Shown: positions 51,203 to 60,988 of the stretch, piece by piece | Position numbering within the stretch: position 1 is the stretch's first letter | Layout of the letters: each line of letters begins with the position of its first letter | Source of the DNA: Syntrophales bacterium | Lineage (GTDB): Bacteria > Desulfobacterota > Syntrophia > Syntrophales > PHBD01 | Reading direction: 5' to 3' | NCBI GenBank assembly: GCA_963668175.1 | Contig: OY764159.1 | Coordinates: 928,001 to 992,000 of the forward strand | Length of the DNA stretch: 64,000 bases | The notes under the pieces: generated by a model | What the model was told of the DNA's origin: nothing | Database searches by the model: none | Seen by the model: the letters and a program-made list of their open reading frames with translations, nothing else | Position numbers and translations under genes: made by a program

Positions 51203-51367
51203 CTATTTTCTGGTAATCCGTGAAAGAAGATAGAGGGCGACTAAGAGACCCGCACCGACGAAAACGGCAAACAGGACACCGTATTGGGCGAGCTCGGACT
51301 GGCCGCCATACCAGGTCATGATTTGATCCCAATAACCATCGAAAAGATCTTTTATTTTTTCGAGCAT
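51203..51367 (-). CDS. Small (54 aa) single-pass membrane protein, absent from the ORF track
   Basis: GAGGAAG RBS then MLEKIKDLFDGYWDQIMTWYGGQSELAQYGVLFAVFVGAGLLVALYLLSRITRK*. Confidence 0.7.
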   Translation of the reverse strand: MLEKIKDLFDGYWDQIMTWYGGQSELAQYGVLFAVFVGAGLLVALYLLSRITRK

Positions 51368-51523
51368 GGTCTTCCTCATTCTCAGGTCAGTGAGTTATTT
51401 TTAAGATGATAACGAAAAAATATCAAGGATATTCTGAGAGGATTGGATAACAATGTGTAACGAGCGGCGATTTGGCTGCAGGCGGAAAAGATTTTCCGGA
51501 AAAATGGAGGGGAAACACGTACG

Positions 51524-51574
51524 TCAAAGTGGTCCGCAATTCCCGTTCTCTCCGTGAACTGCGGACCACTTTGA
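51524..51574. repeat. 15-bp perfect inverted repeat
   Basis: tcaaagtggtccgca-N21-tgcggaccactttga downstream of the RHH-PilZ gene. Confidence 0.8.
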
Positions 51575-51650
51575 TAGTTGATGCTACGTTGGTTTCGCTT
51601 TAAGGCATATACGTGAACCGCCTGTAGCGCGGCACGAACAGCTCCACGAA

Positions 51651-52145
51651 TTAGATGAGATACTGCTGTAGCGACCTGTAGCTCTTAAAATCGGAATCAA
51701 CAAAAGAAGCGCCTACATGACGGTCTTCATCGGCATCCTGGACGCAGCAAGGCTTGCATTTCATGCTGATTGGCCGCTTCTGTCCCGGTAAAGTGAAGAT
51801 GACATGAAACTCTTCTTCTTCCGTGTCATGCTGGAACTCAAGGACGGTTCCCTTGGGAACGGCGACCCGGATTCCCCCCAGAGAGATATCCATGATGGTC
51901 CCCGTCTGATATCCCCTGGCATCGGTACTTGATTCACCGACAAAGGCCGGCAGGGCAACCTTCTTTCTTGTGAACTTGCGGCGTTCCTGTTCGATGCTCT
52001 GCAGGGCTTTTCTTTCCCTGAGATTGTTGAACAAGATGGTCTCGATGACAGACGACAGGCTTTGTCTTTCCTCTTCGGCTATCTTTTCCAGAGAATTTCT
52101 GATGTCTGAATTTGTACGAAAACAGATAGTTATGTCCTTTTTCAT
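51651..52145 (-). CDS. Ribbon-helix-helix / PilZ fusion protein
   Basis: N-terminal ITICFRT strand plus two helices; ERRKFTR (RxxxR) and DISLGG (DxSxxG); start ATG 52145 after GGAGG. Confidence 0.8.
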   Translation of the reverse strand: MKKDITICFRTNSDIRNSLEKIAEEERQSLSSVIETILFNNLRERKALQSIEQERRKFTRKKVALPAFVGESSTDARGYQTGTIMDISLGGIRVAVPKGTVLEFQHDTEEEEFHVIFTLPGQKRPISMKCKPCCVQDADEDRHVGASFVDSDFKSYRSLQQYLI

Positions 52146-52244
52146 AATGTCGTTTTTCCTCCCCCCCAGATCGATTACACTTCTTGATATTTCCTTACCA
52201 TAAATCCACAAATGTAACAACGGCAAGGCACATGCCTTACTTTG

Positions 52245-52260
52245 TGTGATTTGTATCACA
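52245..52260. promoter_or_regulatory. CRP/FNR-family-type palindrome
   Basis: TGTGA-tttgta-TCACA, 100 bp upstream of the RHH-PilZ start. Confidence 0.55.
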
Positions 52261-52437
52261 ATTATAATGACACATCAAGCATTATTTGTATTTAAGTATA
52301 AGTTTATGTATTACAGGCGTATTCGCCGTGAAGAATGATGAGCGATTCGATGGTTGTGCATGAATAAACCCCTGTTTATTAAGGAGAATGCTTGGACAGG
52401 CCTCATCCGGGAATTTACGGGTAAGGTCATGCGCGGG

Positions 52438-52468
52438 AAAAAAAAGATCAACCCTGAGAGGGTTGATC
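52438..52468 (-). terminator. Intrinsic terminator of the tRNA-Val gene
   Basis: gatcaaccct/agggttgatc 10-bp stem followed by T8 on the minus strand. Confidence 0.88.
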
Positions 52469-52480
52469 CGGAATTTTCAA

Positions 52481-52555
52481 TGGTAGGCGGTACTGGGATT
52501 GAACCAGTGACTTCTACCGTGTGAAGGTAGCACTCTCCCGCTGAGTTAACCGCCC
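52481..52555 (-). tRNA. tRNA-Val (anticodon CAC)
   Basis: GGGCGGTTAACTCAGCGGGAGAGTGCTACCTTCACACGGTAGAAGTCACTGGTTCAATCCCAGTACCGCCTACCA; cloverleaf with encoded CCA. Confidence 0.97.
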
Positions 52556-52933
52556 GTTCGGCAAACCCTATATCTTAACCATAGGGGTTTTTCAAGTGAA
52601 AAAAAGGTAGGTATTATTGAGTCCGCAACGGCCAGGAAGAGATAAAATCCGGTTCCATTCCCGGGCGCACAGTGTTTACTTTCTCTATATCACGATGGTT
52701 CCGGCAATTTCCGTAAAATGAAGCATGAAGCGATTTGCTGAAAAAAATACATAATCCTGTACGACAGCCGCTGGATGCAAAAGGAAGCAAATAAATCTGG
52801 ACGCCTCTTTTTGCTTCTGATAGGCAACAAGGGCGTTAAGGCAGGCGATACGGGACCCGGCTGAAATAATGAAATATTTTAAAAAGCCGGCGGCGGTATT
52901 TCCCAAACTCATCGATTCCATCAATAGATATCA

Positions 52934-54898
52934 ATGCGACTATCCATGAAAGTTGTCTTACCAGCAAAGAAGAAGGTCATCATCGGTCTCATCTTGATCT
53001 TGGCCGTAGCCGCCATTTACGGAAAAGTCGCCGGTTACGGTTTTATCGATTTCGACGACAACATTTATATCACGAAGAATCCGATGATTCAGAGAGGTCT
53101 TACCGTTGACGGATTGTCCTGCGCCTTCACGGCATGCGCCTTCACTGAAAGCATTGCCCTCTGGCATCCCCTGACGTGGGTTTCATGGTTGATCGATTAC
53201 CGCTTGTACGGTCTGAATCCCGGCGGTTACCATGTTACGAATGTCCTCTTTCACATCGCCAATACCTTGCTCATCTTCCTCATCTTGAACCGGATGACCC
53301 GTGCTCCCTGGAGAAGCGCCCTGGTGTCCGCTCTGTTCGCTTTGCATCCCCTTCATGTCGAGTCGGTTGCCTGGGTGGCCGAAAGGAAGGATGTCCTGAG
53401 CACCTTCTTCGGGCTTCTGGCGACGGGCGCCTATATCGTGTACACGGAACGGCCCCGGGTCGCCGTCTATTTGCTCATCATACTGATGTTTGCCTGCAGC
53501 CTCATGGCGAAACCGATGCTGGTAACCTTGCCTTTCGTCTTTTTGCTGCTCGATTTTTGGCCGTTGGGGCGCTGGGCGTGGCCCCCGATTCCGGTGCTTA
53601 AAGACCTCACGCCGTCGTCCACAATGAAACGCGAGACGCCCGAAGGCAAGAAGACGCCACAAAGAGTCTCGTCGCGTGCTAGTGAAAAGAATGATATCGA
53701 AAAGTCTGAAAGCTCGTATTTTCTCAGGTGCTTCGTTGAGAAGATTCCGTTGATGCTGATAACGGCGATATTCAGCCTTGTAACTTATGTGATTCACAAA
53801 GCGCAAGGATCGGTCGATCAGATCATCCCCCTGGGCGAACGTCTGGGCAACGCCCTCGTTTCCTATGCAGCCTATATCGTCAAGATGATTGTACCTGTCC
53901 ATCTGGCGGTCTTCTATCCTTATCGCGACGACCTGACGCTTCTGCCCGTCATCGGTTCGGCGCTTATCTTGATTCTGATCACCACGGTCGTTCTTCTTTA
54001 CGTTCGCCGGATGCCGTATCTTTTTGTCGGCTGGTTCTTTTATCTTGGGACCATGGTGCCTGTCGTCGGGATCATCCAGGTGGGACAGCAGGCCATGGCG
54101 GACCGCTACACGTATGTACCCCTGATCGGTCTATTCATTATCATTGTCTGGGGTTTCTATGCGCTGGTATCAAAATGGCGCTGCGCGCAGGCGTTGTCGA
54201 TCGCGGCGGCCGTTGCCGCGATCGCGCCCATGATTCTGCTATCTTGGGTGCAAATCGGTTATTGGAAAAACAGTATCAGTCTTTTTCGCCATACCCTGGA
54301 AGTGACGAGGGACAATCATCTGGCCCATGCCTGCCTGGCTGTGGCCCTGCAGAAGGAAGGAAATTTAAAAGAGGCCCTTTTCCACTTTCAGGAAGCTGTG
54401 AGAATCAGGCCGACGGCTCTTTACCTTACGGACCTGGGCAGCCTTTACGGCATGGTAGGAAAGACGAATGAAGCCATCGCCTGTTTGCGTCAGGCCCTGC
54501 AAGAAAAGGAAAACCTCGAAAGGGCTCAATACAACCTCGGCATTTTGCTGGTGGCCCGCGGCGAGGACCAGGAGGCCCTCACCCATTTGCTGAGAACTCT
54601 GCAGCTTAACCCCCGTAAAGAGGGGACAAGATTGATGATCGGCAATATCATGATAAGACAGGGGAAATCCCGGGAAGCCGTCCGTTATTTTGAAGAAGAG
54701 GCCGACCTCGGTTCAAAGAACGCCCTATTGTATAACGACCTTGGTACCGTCTATTATCAACAGGGACAGCGCGAAAAGGGCTTGGCCTGTTACGACAGGG
54801 CCTTAGCGATTGATCCTGAAAACAAGCTTGTGAAAGATAACATGAAGTTGGCTCTCGCAAAATACGGCCGGCCAAACACCCGGGGATCGTGTCCGTGA
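52934..54898 (+). CDS. TMTC-like GT-C membrane protein with C-terminal TPRs
   Basis: FDDNIYI, HPLHVESVAW..ERKDVL, ADRYTY.P, W.NS..LF, multiple TPRs. Confidence 0.82.
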   Translation: MRLSMKVVLPAKKKVIIGLILILAVAAIYGKVAGYGFIDFDDNIYITKNPMIQRGLTVDGLSCAFTACAFTESIALWHPLTWVSWLIDYRLYGLNPGGYHVTNVLFHIANTLLIFLILNRMTRAPWRSALVSALFALHPLHVESVAWVAERKDVLSTFFGLLATGAYIVYTERPRVAVYLLIILMFACSLMAKPMLVTLPFVFLLLDFWPLGRWAWPPIPVLKDLTPSSTMKRETPEGKKTPQRVSSRASEKNDIEKSESSYFLRCFVEKIPLMLITAIFSLVTYVIHKAQGSVDQIIPLGERLGNALVSYAAYIVKMIVPVHLAVFYPYRDDLTLLPVIGSALILILITTVVLLYVRRMPYLFVGWFFYLGTMVPVVGIIQVGQQAMADRYTYVPLIGLFIIIVWGFYALVSKWRCAQALSIAAAVAAIAPMILLSWVQIGYWKNSISLFRHTLEVTRDNHLAHACLAVALQKEGNLKEALFHFQEAVRIRPTALYLTDLGSLYGMVGKTNEAIACLRQALQEKENLERAQYNLGILLVARGEDQEALTHLLRTLQLNPRKEGTRLMIGNIMIRQGKSREAVRYFEEEADLGSKNALLYNDLGTVYYQQGQREKGLACYDRALAIDPENKLVKDNMKLALAKYGRPNTRGSCP

Positions 54899-55073
54899 AT
54901 ATCGGTTCTGGTGTATCGAAGAAGCGGCCGATTGTTGCGCATGCCGTTATGCAGGATACTTGGGTCAAGGGAGGGCGTCCGACACGCCCATGAGTGCTGC
55001 GAAAAAGACTTTTCCGTAAGGGTGATTGATGATAGAAGGGCGTTGACGAATAAAGAATAGGGAAGGGATAAAG

Positions 55074-56135
55074 ATGGAGATCAAAAACCTGATGGTTACG
55101 GGCGGCTGCGGCTTTATCGGCAGTAATTTCATCCGGTATTTGCTGGGGAACAGCACTTTTACGGGCAGGATCATCAATGCCGACAAACTGACTTATGCAG
55201 GCAACCTGGAGAATCTGGCGGGGCTTTCCGAGGCCCATCCGGGAAGGCTCTTCTTCGCAAAAGAGGACATTTGCGACGGACAGAGGCTGCGGGACGTTTT
55301 TCGCCGCTATGAAGTCGATACAATTGTTCATTTTGCGGCCGAGTCGCATGTGGACCGTTCCATCAAGCGGCCGGATAGCTTCATCCAGACCAATATCATC
55401 GGAACGTTTAACCTGCTTGAGATTGCCAGGGAGCATGCCGACAGGTTCAACCTGTTCCATCACGTCAGCACCGATGAAGTCTACGGGAGCCTGACCAGGG
55501 AGGAAGGGGCTTTTACGGAAGAGACGCCCTACCGCCCCAACAGCCCCTATTCGGCCTCCAAGGCGTCGTCGGACCACCTGGTCCGTGCCTATCATGAAAC
55601 CTATGGACTGCCCACAACCATCTCCAACTGCTCGAACAATTACGGGCCCTACCAATTTCCGGAAAAACTGATACCGCTCATGATTCTCAACGGACTGGAA
55701 GGCAAGCCGTTGCCGGTTTACGGAGACGGCCGCAATGTCCGGGATTGGCTCTACGTGACCGACCACTGTGAAGCGATATGGAAGATCGTACAGTCCGGAA
55801 AGCGGGGCGGAACTTACAATATCGGCGGACAGGCCGAGATGGAGAACATCGTCATCGTCCGGATGATCTGCGATATCCTCGACGAAATCCGCCCAGGGGC
55901 CGACGGCAAATCGAGGAAGGATTTGATTACCTATGTCAAGGACAGGCCAGGTCACGACCTGAGATATGCGATAGATTTCGCCAAGATCAACCACGATCTC
56001 GGCTGGACTCCCAGCGAATCGTTCGATACGGGTTTGAGGAAGACCGTTCAATGGTATCTCGACCACATGGAATGGATTGACCGCATCCGCAGCGGCGAGT
56101 ATCAAAAGTGGATGAGCGAACAATACGGGGGCTGA
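55074..56135 (+). CDS. rfbB: dTDP-glucose 4,6-dehydratase
   Basis: [46 protein letters not shown]. Confidence 0.96.
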   Translation: MEIKNLMVTGGCGFIGSNFIRYLLGNSTFTGRIINADKLTYAGNLENLAGLSEAHPGRLFFAKEDICDGQRLRDVFRRYEVDTIVHFAAESHVDRSIKRPDSFIQTNIIGTFNLLEIAREHADRFNLFHHVSTDEVYGSLTREEGAFTEETPYRPNSPYSASKASSDHLVRAYHETYGLPTTISNCSNNYGPYQFPEKLIPLMILNGLEGKPLPVYGDGRNVRDWLYVTDHCEAIWKIVQSGKRGGTYNIGGQAEMENIVIVRMICDILDEIRPGADGKSRKDLITYVKDRPGHDLRYAIDFAKINHDLGWTPSESFDTGLRKTVQWYLDHMEWIDRIRSGEYQKWMSEQYGG

Positions 56136-56181
56136 TAACGGCCCGTCAACAGTTCTTGATGAACAGCCAAAGGAGGGGAAA

Positions 56182-56973
56182 ATGGATCTAGGAATAAAAG
56201 ACAGGATAGCACTGGTCGCCGGGGGAAGCATGGGATTGGGCCTGGCCGTGGCCAAACGTATGGCGATGGAAGGGGCACGCGTGGCTATCTGCGCCCTGGA
56301 CGATCCCAGCCTGCCAGCGGCAAAGAAGGAAATCGAAGGAGCAACCGGCGCGGAGGTAATCGCCATCCCCGCAGACTTGACCGATATAGGGCAGGCCGGC
56401 CATTTTGTCCGCGCCGCCCGGGAACATTTCGGAACGGTCGATATCCTCGTCAACAATGCCGGAGGCCCGCCCTCCACGTCTTTTCTCGAAATCGACGACA
56501 AGCTGTGGGAATACGGCTTCCATTTGAATCTCATGTCAACCATCGCCATGACGCGAGAGGCCGTCCCCGTCATGAAGGAAAAGCGCTGGGGACGCATCAT
56601 CAACATGACGTCCATATCGGTCAAACAGCCCATTGACGGCCTGATTCTGTCCAATACCATTCGTGCCGGGGTCATCGGTTTGGCGAAAAGCCTGTCGAAT
56701 GAACTCGCGCCGTTCAACATTACCGTAAACAACGTATGTCCGGGCTATACTATGACGGAAAGGGTCCGGAGCCTGTCGGTTGCTGTTGCCGCCAAAGAAG
56801 GAAAAACGCCGGCCGACGTCGTCAAGAAATGGGAATCGGAGATCCCCATGAAACGACTGGGAACGCCGGAAGAATTTGCAGGACTGGTCGCTTTCCTCGC
56901 CTCCGATTTTGCGGGATACATCACCGGGGCGGCCATCCAGATCGACGGCGGATGGTATAAAGGAATCATGTAG
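56182..56973 (+). CDS. Short-chain dehydrogenase/reductase with atypical active site
   Basis: GGSMGLG, NNAGGPP, LSNTIR in place of YxxxK, PG...T.R, IDGG. Confidence 0.88.
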   Translation: MDLGIKDRIALVAGGSMGLGLAVAKRMAMEGARVAICALDDPSLPAAKKEIEGATGAEVIAIPADLTDIGQAGHFVRAAREHFGTVDILVNNAGGPPSTSFLEIDDKLWEYGFHLNLMSTIAMTREAVPVMKEKRWGRIINMTSISVKQPIDGLILSNTIRAGVIGLAKSLSNELAPFNITVNNVCPGYTMTERVRSLSVAVAAKEGKTPADVVKKWESEIPMKRLGTPEEFAGLVAFLASDFAGYITGAAIQIDGGWYKGIM

Positions 56974-56991
56974 TCTATTCTGGAATGGTTT

Positions 56992-58947
56992 ATGAAGGAG
57001 AAGCGGCGTAAAGGGCAAAAGCGAAACGACCATCAGGCCATCAGAAAAGATACGGTTCCTGTCGTCGCGCAAGAAAAGGCCATCGTTATCGGCGACCCGG
57101 CGGGCGGCAAAGAAGGCAACGAAAGCGGCGGCAGGTTGATTCGACGTTACGTATGGTTCGTTGCGGCCATCATTCTTGCCGGTATCCTGGTCTATTCCAA
57201 TTCGTTCGATTGTTCATTCCACTTCGACGATTCCAATATCTTCGTCAGCTCCGTTACAAGAGAGTCGGCCACTATCGGCGACTGGATGAAGCTTTTTTCC
57301 AGCCGCCCTCTGGGGATGGCGACCTTTGCCTTAAACTATCATTTTCATAAAATGAATGTTTGGGGCTATCATTTCGTCAACCTGGCGATCCATCTGGCCA
57401 ATGCGCTCCTCATCTTTTGGCTTTGCCTCCTGACGTTTTCCACGCCGGTCATGAAAGAGGCTGATGTAAGCCGTCACGAGGCGTGGATTGCCTTCTTCAC
57501 GGCGATGCTTTTCGTGTCCCACCCCCTGGCGACCCAGTCCGTCACCTATATCGCCCAGAGATTTGCATCTCTTGCAACGTTCTTCTATCTTCTGTCCGTG
57601 GCACTGTATGTTAAGGGCCGGCTCCGGACGGGGAGCGGCACTGCATCATGGCTCTTTTACGGGGGAACCGTCATATCGGCCGTGCTCGCGATGCTGACGA
57701 AAGAGATCGCTTTTACGCTTCCCTTTGCGCTTCTGCTCTATGAAGTCTGTTTTCTGAAGACCGATCCATGGAAATACGATGTTGACAGGGCAAAGGGATT
57801 GACGGTCAGCGCCCTGATCTTTATCATTTTTGTCGCATTATTCTTCCGTGTCTTTTCTTTCAGTATCTTTGACACGGTTCCGCCGCTTAAGGGATATAAT
57901 TATTCCATTTCGGCCAAGGAGTATCTCTTTACACAGTTTAACGTGATTGTAACGTATCTTCGCTTATTCGTTCTTCCCGTCAATCAGAATCTTGATTACG
58001 ATTATCCCGTCTCCCACAGCCTGTTCGACGGGTACACGTTCCCCTGCCTGCTTTTTCTGCTTGCGATTGCCGCACTGGGCGTCTGGGCGTTTAAACGCTG
58101 GCGCCTGATCGCCTTCGGTATTTTCTGGTTCTTCCTTACGATGTCGGTGGAATCAAGCATCGTCCCGGTATCGCAGAATGTGATCTTCGAGCATCGAACC
58201 TATCTGTCCGGTTTTGGTATTTTTCTCGCGGCAACATCCGTCCTCTTTTATTTAGCCCGGGACCGCTTTAAGCAGGTTGCTGTGGGTGTGCTGATTGTGC
58301 TCGTGTGCGCCGGATCGGTTTTGGCCTATCAGCGCAACCGGGTCTGGAAGGATGAGTATACCCTCTGGACGGATTGCGTTAAGAAATCACCGAACAAGGG
58401 AAAGACGGTGGCCGGCTTGGCCCAGGCCCTGTTCAGCAGGGGAGACGCCCATACCGCTCTGCAGTATTTTGACCGGTCGATCGCCTTGAGCCCTCATTAC
58501 GATTTGCTGTATTATAATCGCGGCAGCGTCAAGTATGCGTTGAAGGATTATCGGGGAGCGGCTGCCGATTATGACGCCGCCCTGAAGATCAATCCGTCTC
58601 ATATCCCATCCTATCACAACCGGGCTTATGCCAAAATTCAGATAGGCGACTACATGGGGGCAGCGTCGGACTTCGAAGCGGCGTTAAAAATCAATCCGGA
58701 TGTTGCTGAAACCTATATCAGCCTGGGAAACTTGAAAGCGCAGCATTTGAAAGACTATGAGGGGTCCATACAGTTGTTTACGAAGGCGATTGCCCTGGAG
58801 CCGGGGAATGTCTGGCCGTATTCCAACAGGGGATTCTCAAGGTTCATGATAAACGACCGCAGGGGGGCGTGCGAGGATTGGCGAATCGCTGCAGGAATGG
58901 GTTCGGAACCGGGCCGCAGGGCCTGGCATACGTATTGCCGGCAGTGA
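56992..58947 (+). CDS. TMTC-like GT-C membrane protein with C-terminal TPRs (tandem copy 1)
   Basis: HFDD, HPLATQSVTYI.QR, KE, EHRTYL, RNRVWKDEYTLW, TPRs. Confidence 0.82.
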   Translation: MKEKRRKGQKRNDHQAIRKDTVPVVAQEKAIVIGDPAGGKEGNESGGRLIRRYVWFVAAIILAGILVYSNSFDCSFHFDDSNIFVSSVTRESATIGDWMKLFSSRPLGMATFALNYHFHKMNVWGYHFVNLAIHLANALLIFWLCLLTFSTPVMKEADVSRHEAWIAFFTAMLFVSHPLATQSVTYIAQRFASLATFFYLLSVALYVKGRLRTGSGTASWLFYGGTVISAVLAMLTKEIAFTLPFALLLYEVCFLKTDPWKYDVDRAKGLTVSALIFIIFVALFFRVFSFSIFDTVPPLKGYNYSISAKEYLFTQFNVIVTYLRLFVLPVNQNLDYDYPVSHSLFDGYTFPCLLFLLAIAALGVWAFKRWRLIAFGIFWFFLTMSVESSIVPVSQNVIFEHRTYLSGFGIFLAATSVLFYLARDRFKQVAVGVLIVLVCAGSVLAYQRNRVWKDEYTLWTDCVKKSPNKGKTVAGLAQALFSRGDAHTALQYFDRSIALSPHYDLLYYNRGSVKYALKDYRGAAADYDAALKINPSHIPSYHNRAYAKIQIGDYMGAASDFEAALKINPDVAETYISLGNLKAQHLKDYEGSIQLFTKAIALEPGNVWPYSNRGFSRFMINDRRGACEDWRIAAGMGSEPGRRAWHTYCRQ

Positions 58948-59039
58948 AGACATCCTCGGGTGAATTGACACGGGACATCCGTTTATGTCAGTATCAGCGG
59001 GCCAAGGGGAAGGCTGAACAATAATCGGAAAGGCGGTTT

Positions 59040-60971
59040 ATGAAATCGAAGCAAGCCAAAAGAGATAAAAAGGTCAAAGCGGCGGAAATAAAAGATGGTG
59101 CGCCGCTGCAATCCATGGCGGCGGCAACGGAGCAAAAGAAGAAGGACGAGAGCGCCGGTCCGGGCAAGTATCGTCTTCATTTTTTTGTTGCAGCCATCGT
59201 GCTTACGGGCATTCTCATATATTCCAATTCGTTCGACTGCTCATTCCATTTCGACGATTCCAATGTCTTCCAGAATTCGGTCATTTACGAATCTGCGTCC
59301 ATCCATGACTGGATCAAGCTCTTTCCCGCCCGTCCCTTAGGCGTGTTGACCTTTGCCCTCAATTATCACTTCCATAAACAAAATGTATGGGGATACCACT
59401 TCGTCAACCTGTCAATTCATCTCGCGAATGCGCTGCTCGTTTTCTGGCTCTCCCTCCTGACGTTTGCCACGCCGGTCGTGAAAGACACTGCAGTCAACCG
59501 TCACCGGACGTGGATTGCCTTCTTTACGGCGATGCTCTTCGTGTCCCACCCGTTGGCGACGCAGTCGGTCACCTATATCGTCCAGCGGTTTGCATCGCTG
59601 GCGACGTTCTTTTATCTCTTGTCCGTGGCTCTGTATGTCCGCGGCCGAATCTGGAATGGAAAAAACGGTGTGCAATGGTTCTTTTACGGGGGGGCTGTCG
59701 TTTCGGCCGTGCTGTCGATGCTGACCAAGGAAATCGCCTTTACGCTGCCCTTTGCTCTTGTGCTTTATGAATACTGCTTTATGAAGACCGACACATGGAA
59801 ATTCGATTCCGGCAGGATGAAGGGATTGGCAGTCAGTGTTCTGGTCTTTATTATATTCGTTGCGATGTTTTTCCGGGCATATTCCTTTAAGGTATTCAAT
59901 GCGGTTCCGCCTGATCAGGGTTATTCCTATTCGATTTCCGCCAAGGAGTATCTCTTTACCCAGTTCAACGTTATCGTGACGTATCTCAGGCTCTTCGTTC
60001 TGCCGATTAACCAGACTGTGGATTACGATTATCCCGTCTCCCACAGCCTGTTTGATGGATATACTTTTTTTAGCCTGATGTTTTTGCTCGCCATTGCTGC
60101 GTTGGGAGCCTGGGCCTTCAAGCGATGGCGCCTCATCGCCTTCGGAATATTCTGGTTTTTTCTCTCTTTGGCGGTGGAGTCGAGCATCTTGCCTGTGTCG
60201 CAGAATGTCATCTTCGAACACCGGACCTATCTCCCCAGTTTCGGTTTCTTCTTAGCGGCAACGTCCGTCTTTTTTTATTTTACAAAGGACCACTATAAAA
60301 AATTCGTTGTGGGAGTGCTGATTGTCCTGGTGGGCGCCGGATCGGTCCTGGCCTATCAGCGCAACCGGATCTGGAAAAACGATGAGACGTTCTTTGTGGA
60401 CAACTACATGAAAGCCCCCAATAAGCCCCGTCCCATGAATTGGTATGGTAAAGTGCTGGTTGACAGGGGGGATCTCCGGGGCGCCGTGCGTCTCTATGAG
60501 CGAGCTATTCAGATCAACCCGGCGTACGATGTGTCCTATCATAACCTGGGGCGCACGAAGGCGGCACTGAACGATTATGCGGGAGCTATCGCCGACTACA
60601 CGATGGCTATCAAACTAAATCGGAAAGATGCCTCGGCTTATTACAATCGGGCCTATGCCCGGACGGAATTGAAGGACTATCAGGGGGCGATAGCCGACTA
60701 TGAAGCGGTCCTGAGAATCGATCCTTATGGGACGGATGCTTACTGCAACCTGGGGAACCTGAAAGCCGAGTTTATGAAAGACTATGCCGGCTCAATCCAG
60801 ATGTTCAACAAAGCCATAGAGATAGATAGAAAAAACGGAATGGCCTACGGCAACCGCGGCAATTCGAAATACATGCTCCGCGATATCCAGGGGGCCTGCA
60901 ACGATTGGAAGATTGCCGCCAGTCTGGGAATTTCCCGCGTTATGCCGGCTATTCAGTCCGTTTGCCGCTGA
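59040..60971 (+). CDS. TMTC-like GT-C membrane protein with C-terminal TPRs (tandem copy 2)
   Basis: Close paralogue of 56992-58947: HFDD, HPLATQSVTY, EHRTYLPS, RNRIWK, TPRs. Confidence 0.82.
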   Translation: MKSKQAKRDKKVKAAEIKDGAPLQSMAAATEQKKKDESAGPGKYRLHFFVAAIVLTGILIYSNSFDCSFHFDDSNVFQNSVIYESASIHDWIKLFPARPLGVLTFALNYHFHKQNVWGYHFVNLSIHLANALLVFWLSLLTFATPVVKDTAVNRHRTWIAFFTAMLFVSHPLATQSVTYIVQRFASLATFFYLLSVALYVRGRIWNGKNGVQWFFYGGAVVSAVLSMLTKEIAFTLPFALVLYEYCFMKTDTWKFDSGRMKGLAVSVLVFIIFVAMFFRAYSFKVFNAVPPDQGYSYSISAKEYLFTQFNVIVTYLRLFVLPINQTVDYDYPVSHSLFDGYTFFSLMFLLAIAALGAWAFKRWRLIAFGIFWFFLSLAVESSILPVSQNVIFEHRTYLPSFGFFLAATSVFFYFTKDHYKKFVVGVLIVLVGAGSVLAYQRNRIWKNDETFFVDNYMKAPNKPRPMNWYGKVLVDRGDLRGAVRLYERAIQINPAYDVSYHNLGRTKAALNDYAGAIADYTMAIKLNRKDASAYYNRAYARTELKDYQGAIADYEAVLRIDPYGTDAYCNLGNLKAEFMKDYAGSIQMFNKAIEIDRKNGMAYGNRGNSKYMLRDIQGACNDWKIAASLGISRVMPAIQSVCR

Positions 60972-60988
60972 GTCGATTTGAGACATAT

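Noticed and set aside
51075..51332. 85-aa track ORF with a CxxC
   Set aside because: Overlaps, in another frame, the better-supported 54-aa ORF that has an RBS and TM helix.
52481..52555. tRNA-Val as an island attachment site
   Set aside because: No integrase and no duplicated tRNA 3' end seen; the native terminator follows directly.
56182..56973. SDR lacking YxxxK as a novel pseudoenzyme
   Set aside because: The LSN..R pattern is typical of a known atypical SDR subgroup.
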